Of a stretch of 64,000 bases of DNA, positions 54,870 through 63,871 are shown piece after piece. Position 1 is the stretch's first letter. Every line of letters starts with the position of its first letter. Position numbers and translations under genes: made by a program. This DNA is from an uncultured Candidatus Saccharibacteria bacterium (GTDB lineage Bacteria > Patescibacteriota > Saccharimonadia > Saccharimonadales > Saccharimonadaceae), in assembly GCA_938041555.1 (NCBI GenBank), contig CALIAC010000011.1, positions 18,466 through 82,465 of the forward strand, in the 5' to 3' direction. Below the pieces are notes generated by a model that was not told where the DNA came from, ran no database searches, and saw only the letters and a list, made by a program, of their open reading frames with translations.

Positions 54870-56084
54870 ATGCATAATTTATCTACCGTCATCCGCTTCG
54901 AGATCACCCGTTCGCTCAAGAAGAAGTCGTTTTGGCTTGCGGCAATCAGCTTCCCGTTGGTGTTTGCCGTGCTCTTTGGCGTCATCTTCCTCTCCAATAA
55001 AGCCTCGGCCGATGCTGCCAAGAACCTCGAGAAGCAATCCTTTAGCTTTGCTGTGACGGATGAGTCGAAGCTCGTCAAGCCAGAGCTGCTCGCCGCCACC
55101 AAAGCCCAGCCCGTCGCTGCTGCGGACAAAGACGCCACCATCAAGCGGGTCCAAGAGGGCAAGCTCGATGCCTACATCTACTACCCCAAAGACATCGCCA
55201 AAGAACGAGTGGAAGTCTATGGCAAAGACGTGGGGCTCTTCGACAACGGCCGCTACAGTGGCATTGCCACCAGCCTGCTCTCGAACTCCGTCCAATCAGA
55301 GGTCAGCCCAGCGGTACGCATGGTCATCCAAGACAAAATTAACACCAAAAACACCGTCTACAAAAATGGCAAAGAATACAATGCCATCAACGAGATGATC
55401 CTACCGGGGGTTTTCTTGGTGCTGTTCTACTTCCTTATTAGCTTCTTTGGCAACCAAATGCTCACCAGCACAACGGAGGAGAAGGAAAACCGCGTCATCG
55501 AGATGATCCTCACCACAGTGCACGCTCGCACGCTCATCATCGGCAAGATTATTTCGCTCATCGTCCTGGCGTTTATTCAGGGGTTGCTCGTTATTTTGCC
55601 GGTGCTTGTTGCCTATCTCTTCTTCAAAGATCAGCTGCAGCTGCCCGATGTCGACCTCTCACACATTGCAGTCGACCCCGTGCGGATTGGGATAGGCTTC
55701 CTCGCCTTTGCCGCGAGCTTCCTCTTCTTCACCGGTATGCTGGTGGCAATCGGTGCTGCTGTGCCAACCGCTAAGGAAGCGGGTAGCTTCTTTGCTACCA
55801 TCATGATCCTGCTCTTTGCGCCGCTCTATGCCGCTGCCATGCTCGTCTCCACACCAGACGCGCTGCCAAGCAAGATCATCACCTACTTCCCCCTCACCTC
55901 GCCCATCCCACTCATGCTGCGCAATGCGATTGGCAACCTCAGTGCGACGGACGCTGCCATTAGCATTAGCATCCTGACTGTCTGTGCCGTCATCGCCATC
56001 ATGATGGGCGTGCGCCTCTTCCGCTTTGGTGCGCTCGAGTACAGCCGCAAACTCAGCCTGCGCGAGATCTTTACCCGCCGGTAA
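54870..56084 (+). CDS. ABC-2 type transporter permease (NatB-like)
   Basis: ATG 54870 lies 2 nt after the ATPase stop. It has an N-terminal TM helix, a large extracytoplasmic loop and 5 C-terminal TM helices. Confidence 0.75.
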   Translation: MHNLSTVIRFEITRSLKKKSFWLAAISFPLVFAVLFGVIFLSNKASADAAKNLEKQSFSFAVTDESKLVKPELLAATKAQPVAAADKDATIKRVQEGKLDAYIYYPKDIAKERVEVYGKDVGLFDNGRYSGIATSLLSNSVQSEVSPAVRMVIQDKINTKNTVYKNGKEYNAINEMILPGVFLVLFYFLISFFGNQMLTSTTEEKENRVIEMILTTVHARTLIIGKIISLIVLAFIQGLLVILPVLVAYLFFKDQLQLPDVDLSHIAVDPVRIGIGFLAFAASFLFFTGMLVAIGAAVPTAKEAGSFFATIMILLFAPLYAAAMLVSTPDALPSKIITYFPLTSPIPLMLRNAIGNLSATDAAISISILTVCAVIAIMMGVRLFRFGALEYSRKLSLREIFTRR

Positions 56085-56146
56085 CAGCGCAGCGCGCTAG
56101 TCTATTACAGCAAAAACTGGCACATTACCTCTGTTTCGTGCCTCAT

Positions 56147-56172
56147 AACCCACCGCTTGGCCGGTGGGTTTT
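56147..56172 (+). terminator. rho-independent terminator after the ABC-2 operon
   Basis: Stem CCCACCG/CGGTGGG (extendable) with a 6-nt loop, then TTTT. Confidence 0.7.
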
Positions 56173-56191
56173 GGGTTCAAATTTTACCCCC

Positions 56192-56220
56192 TTGACAAAA
56201 TCCCACATTCTTTCTACTAT
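56192..56220 (+). promoter_or_regulatory. sigma-70-type promoter for the lipoprotein gene
   Basis: TTGACA (56192-56197), 17-nt spacer, TACTAT (56215-56220), about 38 nt upstream of ATG 56258. Confidence 0.5.
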
Positions 56221-56257
56221 TAACAGTATCGATACACTATACAAGAAAGGTCAAACC

Positions 56258-56638
56258 ATGACGCGAGAACACTTCTCCACTCACGAGGATAAAACCGTAT
56301 CTAGCGCGGTATTGCGAGCTGCCAAAAAAGGAGCGGCTGTAGTAGCATTGGTACCGGTCGCCGTATTGGGCGTAGCAGGCTGCTCCAGTAACGAGAGCTC
56401 GGCACCTACCACTGCTAATAGCGAAGAGTGGACACAGGTATGGGATGATGGATTTGGTGTTGAGCTCGATAGTACTGGTAAGCGATGTGATGGCCCAAAT
56501 CTCCTCTACAGGAGTGGAGGCCGTGGTGGGAATATTGCAGTCTCTCCCAACGACCCCCAGTGCACCGGTAAGACACCAGAGGCCACTGCCACCGACCTAG
56601 CCACGGCAATCCCAACACCACTGCCAACGCACGAGTAG
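56258..56638 (+). CDS. small lipoprotein
   Basis: ATG 56258. The signal peptide ends in the lipobox 'LGVAGC'. The 126-aa protein has two more Cys in the mature part. Terminator at 56662-56692. Confidence 0.6.
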   Translation: MTREHFSTHEDKTVSSAVLRAAKKGAAVVALVPVAVLGVAGCSSNESSAPTTANSEEWTQVWDDGFGVELDSTGKRCDGPNLLYRSGGRGGNIAVSPNDPQCTGKTPEATATDLATAIPTPLPTHE

Positions 56639-56661
56639 CCTCGTTAGGTTACCACAAGCCA

Positions 56662-56692
56662 AGCACTCCGTATACTCTGCGGAGTGTTTTGT
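56662..56692 (+). terminator. rho-independent terminator after the lipoprotein gene
   Basis: Stem CACTCCG/CGGAGTG with a 9-nt loop, then TTTTGTGTG. Confidence 0.6.
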
Positions 56693-56697
56693 GTGCT

Positions 56698-59667
56698 CTA
56701 CCCCCCTGGCCGCTCTGCATATCGCTCATACACAGCGCGGTTGGCGGCGTTGGTGTTGCGGCGGAGCTCTGGAGTGTTGAGAATGCGGTAAGCATCATGA
56801 CGAAGGGCTTGGTGACGCTCAGCATAGGCTTGGTCGAAGGTCGGCTCAATGGCAGCCCGCTTCTCGGGCGAGAGGGTGCGGAGGTACGAGTCTTTGATCT
56901 GCTGGTAGTCGGGCAAATCAGGGATACTATAGATCAGCTCTAGTGCGCCATCATTTGCCCCTGCGAAGTTCTCTGCCTTGAGCCGCCCCTCAAAGACCTG
57001 GCGCAGCGAGTGCATCTTCTCAGCAGCTGCGCCGTTGTATTCGCCGCGCAAGATCGCATCGTACGTCACGTCATTCACGAATGGCACCGCACCCGCCACC
57101 CCAGAGGCCACCGCCTCGGCCGAGACAGTCGCGCGAGCATCGTAGTTATACCCCTGGCGCACCTGCACTGTACCATCGTCTGCCACGTATTCGATCTCGC
57201 GGCCAGTCTCGCGGATAATCTCGCGCTTTTGGCCAGCCGAGCCAGCTCGGAACTGGTGCTCGATAGCCGCCTCCTTGACGTACTCATTATCCGCCCGGAA
57301 GGTGTGCTGGTTGCCACTAGCATCGGTGAGGGTGATGGCAGTATCGCCCGTGGCGGCCATGGCTTGCCATTGGTTGCTGTTGAGCTTGAAGTGGCGCATC
57401 AGCTGGTCTTCGGCCGCAACATGCTCACCAAACTCCTTGCGCAGCCGCGCCGTCTGGCCTGCCACCATCAAGTTCTTATGCCCTACCCCTGTAGCGTAGT
57501 CTTGCAGCGTCTGGCCATCGACCATCCGGCGGCGCAAGGCAATGCCATCGCCATTGCGCAGCACCACACCATCAGCATTGGCCACTGCTCCATCGGCGAG
57601 GAGCTCACGGTCGATCTTCGCCCGCACTTCACGCTGCGCCATCGCACTGCGGATCTCCGTTAGCGCACCCACCTCGGCCGCTGCATAAGCGCGCCGCCCC
57701 AAGCCATGGCTCAAGCCAGCTGGTACCTCACCGCCAAGCTTCAGCTCATCGTAGAGTGCATCCAGCTTATGGGCAGCATTCTTGGCTTCATCAGAGGTGA
57801 GCTGGGTGTTGAGTGCTCGCTGCTTGAGCTCATCATCGTGCAAGAGGCGTGCGTTCCAGGCTCGGTCGCGCCGCGCTGCTCCCTCCTTGCCACGCAGGTC
57901 GGTGTAGCGGTTATATTCATCATTGCTCCGCCCCACCGCCGATAGGTCGGCCATTGTTTCAAAGCGCTTCGTATAAGCATCGGTTCGCTGCTGAAGAGCG
58001 CGTTTCTTCAGGGCTCGGCGCCGCGCTGCATTGCCCAGCCAGTTGCGCTGCGCATCACCGGCGAGCACGCGCGATTTGCGCAGGTCTGCCCGCTGCTGCG
58101 CCCAAGTCCGCGTTCGGTCAACGATGCCACGCCGCGGATCATTCATAATCGCACCCAGCCGCCCCAGCAGCGAGCCGCTCATCCGCACCACAAAGGGCGT
58201 TAGCACCAGTGGCACTACCTGCACTGCCAGGCCAAGGATGATGAGGTTGAGATTATTCGCATCCTTACCATTCGTCAGGATAGCCACCCCCGCCAGGCGC
58301 GACCCACCAAACAATATCGACATCAGCGGAAACATCAACATCATCGTCATAAAGAGATCCTTCCACTTATCAAAATACTTCTCTGTACTAGGCAATACAT
58401 GTAACAAGAAAGCAAAGGGCGAGATGATAACAAGAATAGTGATGAGTGCCTGGCGCGCCGCAATAATCACCGCAGCGATGATAACCGCCAACAGAACACC
58501 CACCAGCAGCGGGATGGCCATCGCCAGCGCCCCATCCGTCGCACCCACCAGTGCACCCACTCCCACCACCGCACCCACCGCGCTAGCGCTACCCGTCAGC
58601 AGAGCACTCATGACATTAGGCCAGGTGATTTTATTAAGCGTGTTATAATCCGCCCCATTGACCGTCGAGGCAATATTGACAAACAGCTGCTGCAGCTGAA
58701 AGCCCAATATATTCGAAATATCGATCGCCGCCGCACACAGCCAAAACGACATATTAACGACGATAATCGACACGACGAGGCGCGGAAACATCTTCTTAAT
58801 GCCATAATTGCTAATACCAACACTGGTAACTTGCGAATAAATGACGATGAGCGAGACGATGATAAAGGCGATGTTGGCTAAGTCGCGCATGATCGCCCAA
58901 AAGCGAAAGAGTGTGCCATCGCTACCAGATTGGAGTGGCTGCACCGCCAAGTACTGCGCCACCTGCTGGTAGAGCTGGTCAGTGATCCACGCCATGAAGT
59001 TGCTCACCGGGCAGACAATCCAGCCAATACTTCCCAGCGCTGTGCCACTACAACTGGTCGTGGCACCATCATCTTTATCTGCTTGCTCGGCGGGTTTGTC
59101 TTGGGGTTGGTTGTTGTTATTATTTGCCGCTTGGCCGTTATTCCCGCCATTTTGGCCGTTGGCGTTGTTCTGATTATTACCAGCGTTTTGCCCAGCTTGA
59201 CCACCGTTATTTTGATTATTTTGGTTGTTCTGGCCACCGTTATTTTGCGGCGCGGCCTCCTGTTGCCCCGAGACAGAGATGGCAATGGCATCATCCATCT
59301 TGTTATACGTATCTGGCTCAACAAAGATATACTCTACGTACGTCGCTTCCTTGGCACGAAGCGGATCACTACCAGCTGGGAAGACGATGGTTTGGCGCCG
59401 ATTGGTCGTTGGCTCATACTCATAGAAGTGCACGCCAGCAGGTAAGCCGCGATCTGCCACCCCTTTGTCGCCCCCTCGGTATGGCTTGAAGGTATTATGA
59501 CGAAAGATAAGGTTCTCGCCCTGGCGCTGCGCCGTCTCAGCAGCATATACCGGCACAGAGGTAGCGAGCGTGAGCCCCAAGAGTGCCGCCACTAATAGTG
59601 CCAGCCACCCCGTATATTGCCGCAGACAACCCCTCGCCCGCGCAACCACTCGCCACGCTCTGTTCAT
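56698..59667 (-). CDS. VirB6/TrbL-like type IV secretion polytopic membrane protein with large N- and C-terminal extensions
   Basis: Start at ATG 59667 (the listed start is TTG). It has a signal peptide (LALLVAALLGLTLATSVPVYA), a ~140-aa ectodomain, an N/Q/G low-complexity tract, about 7 TM helices and a ~440-aa Arg-rich soluble C-terminal domain. The call rests on topology, size and the divergent pilin array, not on a computed alignment. Confidence 0.55.
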   Translation of the reverse strand: MNRAWRVVARARGCLRQYTGWLALLVAALLGLTLATSVPVYAAETAQRQGENLIFRHNTFKPYRGGDKGVADRGLPAGVHFYEYEPTTNRRQTIVFPAGSDPLRAKEATYVEYIFVEPDTYNKMDDAIAISVSGQQEAAPQNNGGQNNQNNQNNGGQAGQNAGNNQNNANGQNGGNNGQAANNNNNQPQDKPAEQADKDDGATTSCSGTALGSIGWIVCPVSNFMAWITDQLYQQVAQYLAVQPLQSGSDGTLFRFWAIMRDLANIAFIIVSLIVIYSQVTSVGISNYGIKKMFPRLVVSIIVVNMSFWLCAAAIDISNILGFQLQQLFVNIASTVNGADYNTLNKITWPNVMSALLTGSASAVGAVVGVGALVGATDGALAMAIPLLVGVLLAVIIAAVIIAARQALITILVIISPFAFLLHVLPSTEKYFDKWKDLFMTMMLMFPLMSILFGGSRLAGVAILTNGKDANNLNLIILGLAVQVVPLVLTPFVVRMSGSLLGRLGAIMNDPRRGIVDRTRTWAQQRADLRKSRVLAGDAQRNWLGNAARRRALKKRALQQRTDAYTKRFETMADLSAVGRSNDEYNRYTDLRGKEGAARRDRAWNARLLHDDELKQRALNTQLTSDEAKNAAHKLDALYDELKLGGEVPAGLSHGLGRRAYAAAEVGALTEIRSAMAQREVRAKIDRELLADGAVANADGVVLRNGDGIALRRRMVDGQTLQDYATGVGHKNLMVAGQTARLRKEFGEHVAAEDQLMRHFKLNSNQWQAMAATGDTAITLTDASGNQHTFRADNEYVKEAAIEHQFRAGSAGQKREIIRETGREIEYVADDGTVQVRQGYNYDARATVSAEAVASGVAGAVPFVNDVTYDAILRGEYNGAAAEKMHSLRQVFEGRLKAENFAGANDGALELIYSIPDLPDYQQIKDSYLRTLSPEKRAAIEPTFDQAYAERHQALRHDAYRILNTPELRRNTNAANRAVYERYAERPGG

Positions 59668-60009
59668 GTCTTGTTCGACATTAGCATAATATCGCACAGT
59701 GGTCAAGTTTTTGCTGCCTGCATATCAAATCGTATCTATTGCGCACTCCCTTCTAGCGTTACACAGGCTACTATTGGCGAATAATCCTACCCCTGTGCAG
59801 AGCTAAAAACTATCACTATTTATTTCATCTCTCATAAAGCAGCCCAGCAGCAAAAGCGAACCAGCCCAGAAAATATCGACCTTGCAGCCCAAGTTTTATG
59901 CACCACGATGCCAATACCACCACCCAGCCATTCGCTCCTACTCTGTTCGTGCCCCGCCCCAGTCTTTACAACACCGCTCGTATCGTATACACTACAGCGT
60001 AGGAATAGT

Positions 60010-60411
60010 ATGATGAAATATAAGCGATTGATCTTGGGCTTCGGTGCAATGCTGGCAATTTTTGCCGGCGGTGTTGCTATGCCAGCACAGGTGATGGCGG
60101 CAGGTGATGGCTGCGGGATTATTGACTTCACAGGCGTAAGTTGTTCCCAAGAGGCTGACCCAAAAGATAAGGGAGATGCCAATATCTCTGGTCTACTCAT
60201 TGGTTTTCTCAGAATCATGAATGTCGGTGTTGGCATCGCAGCAGTTGGCGCGCTTATTTACGCTGGTATTCTCTACTCAACCGCTAGCGGTGACGCTAAT
60301 AAAACAGCCCAAGCTAAGACAGTTATCACCAATGTTGTTATAGGTATTTTGGCATATGCAGTTATGGGTATTGCGCTTAACTTCCTTGTGCCAGGAGGAA
60401 TTATCCGATGA
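60010..60411 (+). CDS. VirB2/TrbC-like T4SS pilin paralog 1
   Basis: 133 aa. Signal peptide (..PAQVMA|AG), 2 Cys in the head, then two hydrophobic helices flanking 'YSTASGDANKTAQAKTVITNVVIG'. Confidence 0.6.
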   Translation: MMKYKRLILGFGAMLAIFAGGVAMPAQVMAAGDGCGIIDFTGVSCSQEADPKDKGDANISGLLIGFLRIMNVGVGIAAVGALIYAGILYSTASGDANKTAQAKTVITNVVIGILAYAVMGIALNFLVPGGIIR

Positions 60412-60812
60412 TTCGCCGTCTTGCTGTTTTTGGGCTTGCTGTTGCCACCATACTCTCCTTTGCGTCTGCTACTCCAGCGCACGCTGCTGCACCCTGTTCA
60501 CCACCCAACTTCCTTGGTATGCCCGCTTGGTACCGTGGTCTCCAAGACTCGAACGATTGCAGTTCGATCCAAACGACCGACATCCAGACGATGATCCTCA
60601 CAATTGCCCTCAATATCCTCCAGGCTGCAATGGTTATCGTTGCCTATGTTGCCGTTGGGTTTATTATCAAAGGTGGCTATATGTATATGGTGAGCTCGGG
60701 CAGCCCTGATGCAATGGCCAAGGCAAAGAACACGATCCGCGATGCACTGATTGGTCTTGTTATTGCGATCTCTGCAGCAGCAATCGTTGACATGGTAGCG
60801 GGGGTTATCTAA
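60408..60812 (+). CDS. VirB2/TrbC-like T4SS pilin paralog 2
   Basis: 134 aa. ATGA overlap with paralog 1. Signal peptide (..TPAHA|AA), 2 Cys in the head, core 'YMVSSGSPDAMAKAKNTIRDALIGLVIAI'. Confidence 0.6.
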   Translation: MIRRLAVFGLAVATILSFASATPAHAAAPCSPPNFLGMPAWYRGLQDSNDCSSIQTTDIQTMILTIALNILQAAMVIVAYVAVGFIIKGGYMYMVSSGSPDAMAKAKNTIRDALIGLVIAISAAAIVDMVAGVI

Positions 60813-60813
60813 T

Positions 60814-61104
60814 ATGTGGCGTATATTCTCAACCCTCAAAGGTGTTAGTGCACAAGATATCAAGTACCAAAGCTCCGCAGATAACTCAAGTATTCTCCAA
60901 AATGTCCTTAACACTGCTTATATTTGGGCCGGGGTGGTTGCAGTTATCGTCATTATTGTAGCGGGTTTTATGTATACCGTATCACAAGACGACCCAAGCC
61001 AAGTAAGTCGCGCCAAGAACACCCTGCTTGGTGCTATTGTTGGTCTCGCTGTTGTTCTTCTCGCTTTTGTCATCACCAATACTGTTCTAAATGGAGTCTT
61101 TTGA
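60814..61104 (+). CDS. VirB2/TrbC-like T4SS pilin paralog 3 (no signal peptide)
   Basis: 96 aa. It starts 1 nt after the paralog 2 stop. Core 'YTVSQDDPSQVSRAKNTLLGAIVGLAVVL'. Confidence 0.55.
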   Translation: MWRIFSTLKGVSAQDIKYQSSADNSSILQNVLNTAYIWAGVVAVIVIIVAGFMYTVSQDDPSQVSRAKNTLLGAIVGLAVVLLAFVITNTVLNGVF

Positions 61105-61532
61105 TGAAGCTATCTCTACAGCGCACACTCTGTCTTATTGGTACAGCCCTGTTGCTCGGTCTTACCTACTCACCCTCCGCCTTTGCCCGTGTTGACGTCA
61201 CAGGAGAACTCAAGACCGATAATGCCTGTGATCTAGCTACCGACGGTGATGGTAACGATGGCTGCCATGCGGTAACTTCAAGTGCACAAGGCGGTGCGCT
61301 CACCCCAATGGTCATCGTCACACGTGGCATCAATATTGCTCTCGTTGTCCTTGGTGGCGTCTCTGCTCTTATGATTGTCTATGCGGGCTTTCGTTTTACA
61401 CTAGCCGGCGGCGACCCACAGGCGGTCAAGGCCGCTCGCAATACCATCCTCTATGCAGTTGCAGGTCTTGTTATTGCTATACTTGCCTATGGTATAGTAA
61501 GTTGGATTACTGATAGAATATCGATAACATAA
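61104..61532 (+). CDS. VirB2/TrbC-like T4SS pilin paralog 4
   Basis: 142 aa. The ATG overlaps the paralog 3 stop (TGATG). Signal peptide (..SPSAFA|RV), 2 Cys in the head, core 'FTLAGGDPQAVKAARNTILYAVAGLVIAILAY'. Confidence 0.6.
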   Translation: MKLSLQRTLCLIGTALLLGLTYSPSAFARVDVTGELKTDNACDLATDGDGNDGCHAVTSSAQGGALTPMVIVTRGINIALVVLGGVSALMIVYAGFRFTLAGGDPQAVKAARNTILYAVAGLVIAILAYGIVSWITDRISIT

Positions 61533-61547
61533 GGGAGGTATAATATA

Positions 61548-62000
61548 ATGAACACCTTTACAAAATTAGTTCTCAGCGCAAGCATCTGCTCTACTGTTGT
61601 AGCTGGTGCTATTGCCCCATCTATCGGCGCTGCAGCGCCGTCGCCCATCAACACCTTTGCAGCAAGCACCACAGCAAAGGAGAAGGTTAAGGAAGGTATT
61701 AGAGGCGCTGGTGGAGACAACAATCAAATAACCATCGGCTCAGCGATCAAAAGCATCATCGACATCATGCTCTTCGCCCTCGGTGCTATCTCCGTCATCA
61801 TGATTGTCATCGGTGGTATTCGCTACACGACATCCAATGGCGACTCAAACGGCATCCAGGGTGCCAAAAATACCATTCTCTACGCTATTGTCGGCCTTGT
61901 TGTGGCTATTCTCGCCTATGCCATGGTCAATTTCGTCGTCGATAACCTCGTGAGTGGCGGCAGCCAATCCACCCCAACCGCCAATTATACATACGTCTAG
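61548..62000 (+). CDS. VirB2/TrbC-like T4SS pilin paralog 5
   Basis: 150 aa. SD is AAGGGAGG. Signal-like N-terminus, core 'GGIRYTTSNGDSNGIQGAKNTILYAIVGLVVAILAYA'. Confidence 0.6.
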   Translation: MNTFTKLVLSASICSTVVAGAIAPSIGAAAPSPINTFAASTTAKEKVKEGIRGAGGDNNQITIGSAIKSIIDIMLFALGAISVIMIVIGGIRYTTSNGDSNGIQGAKNTILYAIVGLVVAILAYAMVNFVVDNLVSGGSQSTPTANYTYV

Positions 62001-62152
62001 TATAGCTCTCATGCCCACTCCGCTTGCATTCTGCAATAAAATAGGCTCTTTTTTGGGGATTTTCTCCGTTAACTCTTAACATTTTGGCAAATTTTTGGTA
62101 TATATAGATAGTACAGGTAGTACAGTAGAGTACTAACGCCAATAGAAAGGAC

Positions 62153-62599
62153 ATGACAATGAAAATCAATATCAAAAAAGCTATGCTTACACTCCTCGCC
62201 GTGCCAATGCTGGCTGCAGGTGTTGCTGGGCTGGTAGCTCCACACGTTGGCGCAGCAGCTGCATCCGACAACGGCCTTGGCCTCAGGAAGGGAGTTGGCT
62301 CTGCTAAGGGAAACGACCAAGTAAGTTGTCTCTTCGGTAGCGAAAAAGAAGGCTGTACTGATGGGACTGGTATTTTCCAGACAATCGTCAACGTGATTCT
62401 CTTCATCGTTGGTGCAGTTGCCGTTATCATGATTGTGATTGGTGGTGTGCGCTACACCGTGTCAAACGGTGACTCAAACGCCGTTACTGGTGCCAAGAAC
62501 ACCATCATGTACGCCATCGTTGGCCTTGTCGTCGCGATCATCGCCTACGCGCTCGTCAACTTCGTCGTCGTCAATATCGGTGCCAACCAAGGGCAATAA
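62153..62599 (+). CDS. VirB2/TrbC-like T4SS pilin paralog 6
   Basis: 148 aa (start ATG 62153 or 62159). Signal peptide, 2 Cys in the head, core 'GGVRYTVSNGDSNAVTGAKNTIMYAIVGLVVAIIAYA'. A 152-bp spacer lies upstream and a terminator lies downstream. Confidence 0.6.
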   Translation: MTMKINIKKAMLTLLAVPMLAAGVAGLVAPHVGAAAASDNGLGLRKGVGSAKGNDQVSCLFGSEKEGCTDGTGIFQTIVNVILFIVGAVAVIMIVIGGVRYTVSNGDSNAVTGAKNTIMYAIVGLVVAIIAYALVNFVVVNIGANQGQ

Positions 62600-62629
62600 C
62601 ACAACCACCTTTCTTCATTGGCTCTCTTA

Positions 62630-62660
62630 TACCACCCTCTCGCAGGGTGGTACTTTTTGT
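62630..62660 (+). terminator. rho-independent terminator after the pilin array
   Basis: 9-bp stem TACCACCCT/AGGGTGGTA with a 5-nt loop, then CTTTTTGTT. Confidence 0.75.
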
Positions 62661-63185
62661 TGAGGATATATTCGACGACACTTACGCAAGAAAGTCTGTC
62701 TATTGCTAATGGCGTCTGATACTGACTGTTTTTGCGTAGCACTAGCCATGCTATTCCATTTCACTCTGGCTGGAGAATCATCATCACACTGCGCTCATTA
62801 TACTTTACACTCTAGAAACCTCATAATAAGCCATCGCACCATTCAGGAGGTGCTTTGGGAAGTTTCTAGTATTCTTAGCTTCTTCAACTATATACTCTAA
62901 TAGAGCCGTTTTACAAAATCATTACACCCCACTACTTTCGCCACCTCTTGTATGAGCTACAACCCCCTGATTAAGATCGGTAATCTCAACAGCTCTCAAC
63001 CCTTCTCCTCACTACCATTTCTCCTACAGTTATTGCAAAAGCTTTCTCGAGAACACCAGTCTCTCAGTGCTAATACCAAATGACAACCTTCTGCTACCAA
63101 TATTCACGCTCTGCTAAATGAGATAGAGAACATATACCTAGATACCATAAGAGGCCTCAAGGCTCGCATTACCCACTTCCCACAA

Positions 63186-63212
63186 CACAAAACAACCCCG
63201 CACCAGCGGGGT
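63186..63212 (-). terminator. rho-independent terminator after hsp20
   Basis: Stem ACCCCGC/GCGGGGT with a 4-nt loop, then TTGTTTTGT on the minus strand. Confidence 0.65.
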
Positions 63213-63240
63213 CATCATCTCAAAGCTCGTTTTCCCTTCC

Positions 63241-63765
63241 CTACAGGATCGGGATTTTCTTGGCCTGCTCTTGCTTAACCTTCTCAAAGGTAATGGTCAG
63301 CACACCATCCTTCAGCACAGCAGTCGTCTCGTCTTCACGTACTGTCACGGGCAGTTCCAATGTGCGGCTAAATTCACCCCAGTAGCACTCTTGGTTGTGC
63401 CATTTGGTGGCCACAGTGTCGTCGCCACTGCTCAGCGTACCAACGATCGTCAAGAGTCCGTCATTGATCTTCACATCCAATTCCTCGCGGTTCACCCCAG
63501 CGGTGCGGGCCTTTACCACGAGCTGCGTCTCGGTCTCGTACACATCGACTGCCAGTTGGCCAGTGTAGTCTTCCTCACTCTGAGCAGGCTCTTCGCCCCA
63601 TGGCGAAGTTTGGCTCTGCTGGCTCTGGGCAGGCATTGGGTTTGCTTGGGCGTGATTCATCGGTTGGTGAGTTGGCGCAGCTGGTGCGAGCGAGTCATCG
63701 CCCTCCAAAAATGCTGCCGCAAGCTCATCACCGATCAAAAGATCATCATCTTGACTCCGGGCCAT
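63241..63765 (-). CDS. Hsp20/alpha-crystallin family small heat-shock protein
   Basis: Start at ATG 63765 (SD GGAGGAAACT). Alpha-crystallin domain 'LAVDVYETETQLVVKARTAGVNREELDVKINDGLLTIVG...FSRTLELPVTV..D...A.LKDGVLTITFEK'. Confidence 0.9.
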   Translation of the reverse strand: MARSQDDDLLIGDELAAAFLEGDDSLAPAAPTHQPMNHAQANPMPAQSQQSQTSPWGEEPAQSEEDYTGQLAVDVYETETQLVVKARTAGVNREELDVKINDGLLTIVGTLSSGDDTVATKWHNQECYWGEFSRTLELPVTVREDETTAVLKDGVLTITFEKVKQEQAKKIPIL

Positions 63766-63871
63766 AGTTTCCTCCACATACTTTCTTTTGCTAATGCACA
63801 AATTACCATTTCGACAACAGTCTGGATTTATTATAGCTAATCGATGGCGTATAATCAACCGGAGAGGCCTC

